NCBI GenBank assembly: GCA_016868895.1
Contig: VGFK01000001.1
Location: 23,006-87,005 of the forward strand
Source: Bacteroidota bacterium
GTDB lineage: Bacteria; Bacteroidota; Bacteroidia; Chitinophagales; Chitinophagaceae
Length of the DNA: 64,000 nt
Direction: 5' to 3'
Numbering within the stretch: the stretch's first letter is position 1; every line of letters starts with the position of its first letter. Position numbers and translations under genes: made by a program. The notes beneath the pieces were generated by a model, which was not told the origin of the DNA, ran no database searches, and worked only from the letters and a program-made list of their open reading frames with translations. Shown here in pieces: positions 56,219 through 64,000 of this stretch.

Positions 56219-57517
56219 ATGGAGAATAACATGCTGAATTCGGCATTTCAAACCATACAGGCTGAAGCGGGTCATTTGTCCTCGTTTCAGCAACAGAACT
56301 GGTCGAGTTTTGATCAGTGGGGACTCCCTGCGCTCAAGCACGAAGAGTGGAAATATACCCGCATCCGCACGGTGTTTCGCGACGACATGCAGGTAGTCGC
56401 TGAAGGCACCGGTCTCACTCCAGCTATCATCCAACAGCATTTCCTTCCGGGAGAGCTCTCCAAGAATGCAATTGTATTTGTCAACGGCATGTATCAACCC
56501 AGCCTCTCCCGCGTTTCTGCTCCTTCAACCGAACTTGTTGTAAAAGCGTTGTCGGCTGCTGCAGGCGACGAAGATGCTGCGTTTGTAAAACAACACCTTG
56601 GTCACTCCCAGCAATACCACCGCGATGGCATCAATGCTCTCAACGGAGCCTTTGCAGCGGGTGGAGTTTTTATTCGAGCAAAAAAAGGAAAGCAGGTACA
56701 GGACCCCGTTGTCATCTACCATTTTTCCGATGCGCAATCGGGCTTTCGTTTTTCGCAACCCCGCATCCTTGTGCATGCTGAAGCCGCTTCTGAAATGCAG
56801 GTGCTCGAGACCTATATCAAAATCGGAAACGAGGAGAGCCTCACCAATGAAGTAATCGAACTGTGCGCAGAAACAGACGCGCATGTTCATTATGTGAAAC
56901 TACAGAATGAAGGGACGCGCTCCAACCATACCGGCACCACACATATTCGGCAGTTGGGTAGATGCAATACGCATGCAGTCACGATTACCCTCAGCGGCAA
57001 TGTGGTCCGAAACAATCTGAACATGATCATGGAGGCAGCCAACAGTGAAAGCCACATGTACGGGTTGTATTTGCTGAATGGGAAAACACTGGCCGACAAC
57101 CACACCATTGTAGACAACCAGATGCCCAATTGCCTGAGCAATGAGTTGTACAAGGGCATCGTGGATGATCAATCGACCGGTGTATTCAACGGAAAGATTT
57201 TCGTGCGTCAAGACGCTCAAAAAACGAACGCCTATCAGTCCAATAAAAATATATTAATCGGCGAACAGGCATCCGCCAATACCAAACCCCAGTTGGAAAT
57301 TTTCGCAGACGATGTAAAATGTTCACACGGGTGCACAGTTGGAAAACTCGACGAGAATGCGCTGTTCTATCTCAAGGCACGGGGCATCCCCGACGACAAA
57401 GCAAAGGCCCTGTTGTTGCATGCATTTGCGGTGGATATCCTGGACCAGATCAAAAACGAATCGATTCGCGCATATGCCGATCAGTTGATTTCAGCGCGAC
57501 TCTCATACAGCGAGTAA
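56219..57517 (+). CDS. sufD: Fe-S assembly protein SufD
   Basis: EEWKYT, VFNGKI.V, AQKT.AYQ, KPQLEIFADDVKCSHG. Confidence 0.96.
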   Translation: MENNMLNSAFQTIQAEAGHLSSFQQQNWSSFDQWGLPALKHEEWKYTRIRTVFRDDMQVVAEGTGLTPAIIQQHFLPGELSKNAIVFVNGMYQPSLSRVSAPSTELVVKALSAAAGDEDAAFVKQHLGHSQQYHRDGINALNGAFAAGGVFIRAKKGKQVQDPVVIYHFSDAQSGFRFSQPRILVHAEAASEMQVLETYIKIGNEESLTNEVIELCAETDAHVHYVKLQNEGTRSNHTGTTHIRQLGRCNTHAVTITLSGNVVRNNLNMIMEAANSESHMYGLYLLNGKTLADNHTIVDNQMPNCLSNELYKGIVDDQSTGVFNGKIFVRQDAQKTNAYQSNKNILIGEQASANTKPQLEIFADDVKCSHGCTVGKLDENALFYLKARGIPDDKAKALLLHAFAVDILDQIKNESIRAYADQLISARLSYSE

Positions 57518-58750
57518 ATGTCGACCGGCACACCATATGATGTCCATTCTATTCGCCAGCGGTTCCCAATTCTGAACAGGAAAGTCAAAGGAAAGGATCT
57601 CATTTATTTCGATAACGCCGCTACCGCTCAAAAGCCGGTTGAAGTCATAGATGCACTCACCCAGTATTACTCGTATTACAATGCCAATATTCACCGTGGC
57701 CTTCACACCCTTGCAGATGAAGCCACAGCTGCATTTGAAGCAACCCGGGAAGCCGTAAAAGAATTCATTGGTGCTGCTCATTCGGAAGAAATTATTTTCA
57801 CAAAAGGAACAACCGAGAGCATCAACCTCATCGCAGCAGCATGGGGAGAAGCATGTTTATCCGCTGGTGATGAAATCATCCTCTCCTCGTTGGAGCACCA
57901 TGCCAACATTGTTCCCTGGCAGATGGTTGCCCAGAAAAAAGGAGCCACCATTCGGGTCATTCCTATGAATGACCAGGGCGAAATGGATATGGCTGGATTT
58001 CATGCGCTCCTGAATGATAAAACAAAAATGGTTGCCGTCGTTCACGCTTCCAATGCACTCGGCATCATTCAACCGGTTGAAGAGATCATTCGTTCTGCGC
58101 ATCAACACGGTGCGGTTGTGTTGATCGACGGCGCGCAATCCAGTGTTCACCTGGACATCAACGTACGGGAAATGGATTGCGATTTTTACGTTTTCTCGGG
58201 GCATAAGGTATACGGTCCTACCGGCACCGGCGTACTCTACGGAAAAAAACATATTCTCAACAGCATGTCTCCTTTTTTAGGTGGAGGGGAGATGATCAAA
58301 GAAGTGAGTTTTGAACAAACTACCTATAACGAATTGCCGTTTAAGTTTGAAGCAGGAACGCCCAATATTGCAGATGTGATTGCCTTGCGTTCCGCATTAG
58401 CATTCATAACTGAGCTGGGAAAATCAGCGATCCGAATGCACGAAGACGTGTTACTGAAATATGCAACTGCGCAACTGCAAAAGATTGAAGGAGTACAGAT
58501 CATTGGGGAGGTCGAGAACAAAGTTCCGGTCGTTTCATTTGTTGCAGCGGGGGCACATCCTCAGGATCTGGCGTACCTGCTCGACAACAACGGTATTGCT
58601 GTCCGCACCGGACACCACTGTGCGCAGCCGCTGATGAAGCGATTGGGTATCGTCGGCACGACCCGTGTTTCGTTTGGTGCTTACAACACTCAAGAGGAAG
58701 TTGATGTCTTTATAACGGCATTGGAAAAATCGCTCAAGATGCTCAGGTAA
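57518..58750 (+). CDS. sufS: Cysteine desulfurase SufS
   Basis: YFDNAAT, EHHAN, SGHK (PLP lysine), VRTGHHCAQP. Confidence 0.97.
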   Translation: MSTGTPYDVHSIRQRFPILNRKVKGKDLIYFDNAATAQKPVEVIDALTQYYSYYNANIHRGLHTLADEATAAFEATREAVKEFIGAAHSEEIIFTKGTTESINLIAAAWGEACLSAGDEIILSSLEHHANIVPWQMVAQKKGATIRVIPMNDQGEMDMAGFHALLNDKTKMVAVVHASNALGIIQPVEEIIRSAHQHGAVVLIDGAQSSVHLDINVREMDCDFYVFSGHKVYGPTGTGVLYGKKHILNSMSPFLGGGEMIKEVSFEQTTYNELPFKFEAGTPNIADVIALRSALAFITELGKSAIRMHEDVLLKYATAQLQKIEGVQIIGEVENKVPVVSFVAAGAHPQDLAYLLDNNGIAVRTGHHCAQPLMKRLGIVGTTRVSFGAYNTQEEVDVFITALEKSLKMLR

Positions 58751-59193
58751 TGGAAAATCAAAGAACCATAGAAGAAATTGAGCAGCAGCTGGTGGATGAT
58801 TTTGCATTGTTTGAAACCTGGGAAGAGAAGTACGAATACATCATCGATCTGGGAAAGAAACTCATACCCCTCAGCGATGCATTTAAAATAGATGCGTATA
58901 AAATCAAAGGATGTCAGTCCAGCGTATGGATTCATTCCCACTATGAAAACGGACGCGTTTTTTTTGAAGGCGACAGTGATGCGGTGATTGTCAGGGGACT
59001 GGTTGCAATAGTCATCACTGTTTTAAATGGTCAATCACCGACTGCCATTGCAGAAGCGCCCCTATCCTTTATTGATGCCATTGGGTTGCGGTCGCATCTG
59101 GCCCAAACGCGCGCTAACGGACTCAGTGCCATGCTCAAGCAAATGAAACTGGAGGCAAGCATTTTAGGTGGACAATCTTCTTCTCACCCATAA
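58750..59193 (+). CDS. sufE: Sulfur acceptor SufE
   Basis: YEYIIDLGK, IKGCQSSVW, DSDAVIVRGL, RANGL. Confidence 0.95.
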   Translation: MENQRTIEEIEQQLVDDFALFETWEEKYEYIIDLGKKLIPLSDAFKIDAYKIKGCQSSVWIHSHYENGRVFFEGDSDAVIVRGLVAIVITVLNGQSPTAIAEAPLSFIDAIGLRSHLAQTRANGLSAMLKQMKLEASILGGQSSSHP

Positions 59194-59205
59194 AGAATCC
59201 TAAGG

Positions 59206-59520
59206 ATGAAAACAACCGAACAACTCAAAGAAGAAGTAATTGAAAAAATCAAAACCGTTTTTGATCCCGAATTACCGGTCAACATCTGGGAATTGGGATT
59301 GATTTACGAAGTGAATATTGTTCCGATCAACAATGTACAGGTCATCATGACCCTGACCGCACCAAGTTGTCCGGCCGCCCAAACCCTCCCCCACGACGTG
59401 GATCAAAAAATCAGAGAAGTCGAGGGCATCAACGATGTGTTTGTGGAAATCACCTGGACGCCGGCATGGAACAAAGACATGATGAGCGAAGAAGCAAAAC
59501 TAGAATTAGGTTTTCTTTAG
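59206..59520 (+). CDS. sufT: SufT/DUF59 Fe-S assembly factor
   Basis: VFDPELPVNIWELGLIY, MTLTAPSCP, W.PAW...MMSEEA. Confidence 0.88.
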   Translation: MKTTEQLKEEVIEKIKTVFDPELPVNIWELGLIYEVNIVPINNVQVIMTLTAPSCPAAQTLPHDVDQKIREVEGINDVFVEITWTPAWNKDMMSEEAKLELGFL

Positions 59521-59551
59521 TTGCTCGCCAATTTCCCCTTAGATTTAGGAT

Positions 59552-60433
59552 ATGAAATGCAGGCTTCGACTCCAACTGCTTTTGTTCTCTTGCGCACTCT
59601 GTCTTTCTGCAGTTGCGCAAATCAAAATTCCGCAGGAATGGAAGGGGAAAATCAAAGAGGGAAAAAATACCTATGCGTATACCTTGGCAATTGAGCGCAG
59701 GGTGGGTGACAGTATTTTTGGGATTTCTACCAGCGCTTCACAAGGTTTTTTCTGTGAAACCGCCTTTCGGGGGATGGTCAGTGGCACGATGTACCGCATT
59801 CGCGAAACCCGCATCATTCGCATGAACTATAAGGGAACAGAAGAGGTCTGCTTGATGGAATTGCAGTTGAATGCGACCGATAAAAAAATGAACGGCACGT
59901 TTTCGTCCAGCAACAGCAAACGCAAAGACTGTGGATCGGGATCCGTCGCCTTAACCAGAACAGAGCAACAGGAAAAAGAAGCAATCGCTGCGGCTGCACC
60001 CTCTCAAGCAGAAAAAATAGTACGATCGCCCTCATCACCACTGCCTCTTCCGCAAAGCAGTATTTCAGTAAAAAGAGAATTGGACAAGAGGGAGCTGCAG
60101 GTCATAGACCGGCTTCAATTTTTGGAAGACAGTGCGGTGGTAACCATCTACGATAACGGAGTCATAGACGATGATTTTATTTCACTGGTCATCAATGATC
60201 GCATAGTGTTTGATAAGGTGAAATTGGGAACCACTCCGTTGTCGTATACCCTGAAGCGAAAAGAAGGCGAGCGCTTTTCCATCGCCTTTCATGCCGAAAC
60301 CCTGGGAACCATCCCGCCGAATACGGGACTCATCATCATCACGGCAGGTCCGAAGCGAAAAGAGCTGCTGTTCTCATCAGACCTTCAAAAAACAGCTGCA
60401 GTTCTGATTGAACTTATAGAAAAAGTTCCTTAA
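59552..60433 (+). CDS. Hypothetical exported protein, two domains with a Pro/Ser linker
   Basis: Signal peptide; C-terminal IYDNGVIDDDFISL...AETLGTIPPNTG; no family recognised. Confidence 0.7.
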   Translation: MKCRLRLQLLLFSCALCLSAVAQIKIPQEWKGKIKEGKNTYAYTLAIERRVGDSIFGISTSASQGFFCETAFRGMVSGTMYRIRETRIIRMNYKGTEEVCLMELQLNATDKKMNGTFSSSNSKRKDCGSGSVALTRTEQQEKEAIAAAAPSQAEKIVRSPSSPLPLPQSSISVKRELDKRELQVIDRLQFLEDSAVVTIYDNGVIDDDFISLVINDRIVFDKVKLGTTPLSYTLKRKEGERFSIAFHAETLGTIPPNTGLIIITAGPKRKELLFSSDLQKTAAVLIELIEKVP

Positions 60434-60452
60434 ATTAGTTAAACAAACTGCC

Positions 60453-60875
60453 ATGAAAAGAATACTCGTTTTACTACCGGCACTTGTCATTTTTTTGACA
60501 TCCGCAATCCCACCCAGCGTGGAGCCAGCAAAACCTCTTCCTCAAGTAATTGGGGTTGACTACCAAACAGCCAAAGTAAATTTGGAAGCGTACAAAGGCG
60601 GCAAACTGAGCCTCAAAGAAAAAATAGGCTTGAAAGTCGCCACTTCCAAAAACATGCAAGCCGAAGGTGCAGGCAAAAGCCAGCTGGCTGCGTTCTTACT
60701 TGCGCTCCTGATTGGAGCTTTGGGCATCCACCGTTTCTACCTGGGATATACCACAATTGGCATCATTCAACTGTTAACCCTTGGCGGTCTGGGCATTTGG
60801 GCACTGATTGATATGATCCTGATCCTTACCGGTGATCTGAAGCCGAAGGACGGCGACTATGCGAAGAAACTGTAA
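60453..60875 (+). CDS. TM2 domain-containing protein
   Basis: KSQLAAFLLALLIGALGIHRFYLG...TLGGLGIWALID. Confidence 0.9.
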   Translation: MKRILVLLPALVIFLTSAIPPSVEPAKPLPQVIGVDYQTAKVNLEAYKGGKLSLKEKIGLKVATSKNMQAEGAGKSQLAAFLLALLIGALGIHRFYLGYTTIGIIQLLTLGGLGIWALIDMILILTGDLKPKDGDYAKKL

Positions 60876-60902
60876 TTGCTCTTTAAGAAAAAGCAATCTC
60901 AT

Positions 60903-60938
60903 TTGGTGGGTGAACGTTTATAACGCTTCACCCACCAA
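60903..60938. terminator. Hairpin between convergent TM2 and DUF4397 genes
   Basis: TTGGTGGGTGAA-N12-TTCACCCACCAA; lacks a long U-tract. Confidence 0.65.
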
Positions 60939-60966
60939 TCGTTTAGTGAATTAGTTCGCAATGATT

Positions 60967-61716
60967 TTAGTTGTTTGCAAAGATAGATACCGAGCGCACA
61001 CTGGTTCCGCTTGTAGCGCGATGTGAACCGCGGTATGCAACCGTATAGCTTCGTTTACGGGTCAAGCTGATGTTTGACAATGTTGCCAAAACAGTGGTTG
61101 TTCCTGCCAATCTCACTTGAAATCCTTCACCCGCTAGTTCAGAAGGATAAGGAGTGAAATCGGTCACGGCCGTATATCCAACATTTGCTGCAACCACTTC
61201 GTTGCGCACAACAGAGAAAAAATCGACTGCCGGGGTGGACGCTAACCCGTTGTATGCAAAATTCGCAAACCGAAGACGAACGCTCGTGTCTACAGGCTCA
61301 ATGACCTGAAGTGGCAATAACTTGTATTTCATTGCATTGATTGTATCATATAGAAACAGTGTGTAGCGTTGTCCAGCGGACATTTCTTCAGCAAATCCAA
61401 GCGGCAACTGTGTTGTAGTGCGTAGAGTATCCCTGATCAAAAACTGGCGAAGCCCCGGTTGCAGTTGAAAGCCTACACCTGTCGCCGGAAATAATCCTCC
61501 GGATGTCAATAAAGCGCCGGTCACGGGTTTAGTGTCTACATAAATGAAGTTTCGGGAAGCGCCAACGGTAGCCAGGAAAACCTGCATGACTCCCTTGTTG
61601 GAGAATTCATTATTCAATTCAATTTTTTCATCAAACGACTTTTCACATGAAAGCAGTCCCAGCATGAATAATGCGGCTCCCGTTGAGATGATTTGAATAT
61701 ACTTGTTCATTGACAT
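60967..61716 (-). CDS. DUF4397-like surface lipoprotein (SusE-position gene)
   Basis: Lipobox LLSC; VRLRFANF....PAVDF; located downstream of SusD. Confidence 0.7.
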   Translation of the reverse strand: MSMNKYIQIISTGAALFMLGLLSCEKSFDEKIELNNEFSNKGVMQVFLATVGASRNFIYVDTKPVTGALLTSGGLFPATGVGFQLQPGLRQFLIRDTLRTTTQLPLGFAEEMSAGQRYTLFLYDTINAMKYKLLPLQVIEPVDTSVRLRFANFAYNGLASTPAVDFFSVVRNEVVAANVGYTAVTDFTPYPSELAGEGFQVRLAGTTTVLATLSNISLTRKRSYTVAYRGSHRATSGTSVRSVSIFANN

Positions 61717-61733
61717 ACGTTTAATGTGGATAA

Positions 61734-63365
61734 TCAGGGTTTAGAGAACCATTGTTCTTTGGTGTGGTAATCAAGTGCTCTTCCTCCAACTGCGTCAAGA
61801 GCAACGATGTTGTAGAGGAATTCTGAATTGAATCGAGGCCGACACCGATACGCCCATGCACCTTTGTTGTCTGGCCACAAATCAGTACCAACAGGGGGTT
61901 CAAAGTTTCGGTAAACTTGTTGACCGGTTACAGCGTCAAGATCCGTATAATGATATCGACGCATATCTGTCCACGTTTCAATCAATCCATGGCCATACAT
62001 GGCGATGTATTTTTGAAGCATGATATGAGACAAGGTTATCGTGGCTGGTGCTACAGCGGCATTGGCAATGAACCCGGATTTCGAGGCAGGAGTAATCTGC
62101 CTGCTGGTGGGAATATTGCTTTGGAACGATCCTGTTAAATAATCAATACTGAGGTTGATCCCATCCAAATAGGATTGTCGAGCTGCAGCAAAATTCTTTT
62201 TCCGGTAATGTGCTTCTGCCTTGATGAACTGAATTTCGGCAGCTGTAATGATTGGGAATTCTGCACCATTTCTAAAGATATAACGGGCGCCGAGGTCATC
62301 GCCAGGCGCGGTAGTACTGGCAAATGCGCCTCCCCAAAAGTTTTGGGGCTGATCAGCTGTCACCAAACCATCTGTTCCTTTATTCGGACGTACTCCAATG
62401 TAGGTTCCATTGGTGTTTTCGCGAATCAGGTAAGGCGCTCGAGGGTCAACAACACCTTGAAACATCGGGTTTCTTCCGGCTAAGAGATCAGCAATGAATT
62501 TTGTTTGACGCAATGCACCAGTATTGACGCGGAATGGTCCGTAAAAATTATAGGTGCCGGAAAGTCCCTGTGCAAGAAATTTGGCACTTGCATTGTCTGC
62601 ATTTGCATTGATCCCAAGGTTAGCATAAAAGAGAACCGAATCAGCGTTGTAAGATGACTTATTGGTCAAATGATTGAACGAGCGGGCCAAGACCGAATAA
62701 ACGAACTTCTTCCACTTGTTGACATCCCCATTATAAAAGAATGCATCACCCTTTGCCAGATTAGCCTGACTTGCTCCGTCACCTGTTTTATTGAGGTAGC
62801 TGATGGCTAAATGGGCCAATCGACGCGACTCTGCATACATTTCCTCCTGAGAATCATAATTGAAAACAAGAAGTGTAGGGTCCAGGGCTTGTTTGAGAAT
62901 TGCTTCACCATAGGTATTGGTCAATGTTAACCAGCTCCAAGCCCGAATGGCATGGCCTACTCCTACATAATCCCATTTTTTTTCTTCTTCGGCCCATTCA
63001 ATCATCCTGGAAAGATTAAGTCCCATACCATAATAATGCATGGCCCAGACCGATCCCAGGATGTCGCTGCCTCCGGTTGCCCCGCCCATGCGGTCATATT
63101 GGTTGCCCGCTGTGTTGGTCGCCCAAAATTGAACATACCTACCTATGTACAGACCGTCGTTTGCAGTTCCATACGCACTGCCCTGCGCGGAAGAACTACC
63201 AACAAAGTTTCCAATGATACCAGGAAGCAGTGTTTCTACCGGAACCCGCACATTTGCATTGGGATTCCGATAGGCGTCATCGATTTCCTTGCTGCAGGAT
63301 CCAAGACCAAAGAGGATGGCCATTAACAGCAGAATGGAAAGGTGTGTCGTGAATATCTTTTTCAT
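61734..63365 (-). CDS. SusD/RagB-like lipoprotein (SusD-like_2 type)
   Basis: Lipobox GSC-SKEIDD, NPN, WKKFVYSVLAR, FIKAEA, IMLQKYIAM, ETWTDMRR. Confidence 0.9.
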   Translation of the reverse strand: MKKIFTTHLSILLLMAILFGLGSCSKEIDDAYRNPNANVRVPVETLLPGIIGNFVGSSSAQGSAYGTANDGLYIGRYVQFWATNTAGNQYDRMGGATGGSDILGSVWAMHYYGMGLNLSRMIEWAEEEKKWDYVGVGHAIRAWSWLTLTNTYGEAILKQALDPTLLVFNYDSQEEMYAESRRLAHLAISYLNKTGDGASQANLAKGDAFFYNGDVNKWKKFVYSVLARSFNHLTNKSSYNADSVLFYANLGINANADNASAKFLAQGLSGTYNFYGPFRVNTGALRQTKFIADLLAGRNPMFQGVVDPRAPYLIRENTNGTYIGVRPNKGTDGLVTADQPQNFWGGAFASTTAPGDDLGARYIFRNGAEFPIITAAEIQFIKAEAHYRKKNFAAARQSYLDGINLSIDYLTGSFQSNIPTSRQITPASKSGFIANAAVAPATITLSHIMLQKYIAMYGHGLIETWTDMRRYHYTDLDAVTGQQVYRNFEPPVGTDLWPDNKGAWAYRCRPRFNSEFLYNIVALDAVGGRALDYHTKEQWFSKP

Positions 63366-63383
63366 GGTGCAAAAATTTGTGGT

Positions 63384-64000
63384 TTAGAATGAAGCACGGA
63401 TTCCAAAATTGAGTTGCAATGGAGAAGGAAGTGTAGCATAGTCAAAGCCAAAAGCACCAACACCTAAGCTACCAGCCGTATTTCCATTTACAGCAGGATC
63501 TGCCCCACTGTAATTCGTCAATAGAATTAAATCATTTCCAGTGACAAATGCACTGAGTGCTTTAAATGCTTTAGAATTTCCCATCGGGAAAGAGTAGCTC
63601 AGTGTTATATCCCTCAACCGGAACCAATTAACATCCCGCTGTATGAATGCCTCTTCAGGCATGAATGCATTGTAGTAATCGTTTTGATAGGCCGGCACAA
63701 CCACAATTGAATTTTCTGTTGGATTGGTATTTTGTTGTCCATCGTTGAGCACGCCGCTGATCACCCGTGGCGTGTAACGATCCGCAGTAAGTTTACTGCG
63801 ACCAATACGGGTTAAAAACATATTGGTTCCGTTGAAAATATCGCCACCCATTTTAAGATCCCACAGCATGCTCAGTCGCCAGTTTCTATACCGGAAAGAG
63901 TTGTTCCATCCCAGGGTAAATGCAGGATTTCGATCTCCACGGACCTTGAACAATCCGTCCAAGACTGGCAAACCGTTTGAAGGATTAATCAGTATTCTGC
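63384..64000 (-). CDS. SusC/RagA TonB-dependent transporter, 3' end only
   Basis: GWNNSFRY, GGDIFNGT, WFRLRDITLSY, YSGADP, C-terminal RASF; frame stays open beyond the window edge. Confidence 0.93.
   Translation of the reverse strand, partial: RILINPSNGLPVLDGLFKVRGDRNPAFTLGWNNSFRYRNWRLSMLWDLKMGGDIFNGTNMFLTRIGRSKLTADRYTPRVISGVLNDGQQNTNPTENSIVVVPAYQNDYYNAFMPEEAFIQRDVNWFRLRDITLSYSFPMGNSKAFKALSAFVTGNDLILLTNYSGADPAVNGNTAGSLGVGAFGFDYATLPSPLQLNFGIRASF

Overview
A gene-dense chromosomal segment from a Bacteroidota bacterium, probably Chitinophagaceae-like. The assignment rests on SusC/SusD pairs, TTTG-N19/20-TAnnTTTG promoters, the rpmB-rpmG-DUF4295-ftsY-rimO synteny, bshC and DUF2723. Housekeeping content: murB, purE/purK, deoC, bshC, rimO, ftsY, L28/L33, lpdA, proS, miaA, cca, dapD, a galK-galM-xylB-xylA operon, sufBCDSE plus a SufT-like gene, and tRNA-Lys(UUU). 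The main accessory block is an ~18 kb polysaccharide-utilisation locus (21.2-39.0 kb) whose substrate I cannot assign. It encodes a ROK regulator, GlcNAc-2-epimerase, lipoprotein FAD oxidoreductase, SusC/D, GH92, two GHL10/DUF187 hydrolases, a Na+/solute symporter, a cytoplasmic DUF4434 protein and a NAGPA-type phosphodiester glycosidase. A second SusC/SusD/DUF4397 cluster starts at the right edge. Non-coding oddities: six intergenic arrays of a 7-bp unit (NTACAAC) anchored on start or stop codons, two of them carrying a related GC-rich palindrome; a miaA gene with no ATG/GTG/TTG start; and a structured ~290-nt leader before a polysaccharide-export gene. I found no transposase, integrase, prophage or CRISPR array. 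All product calls come from motif recognition by eye, not from database searches.
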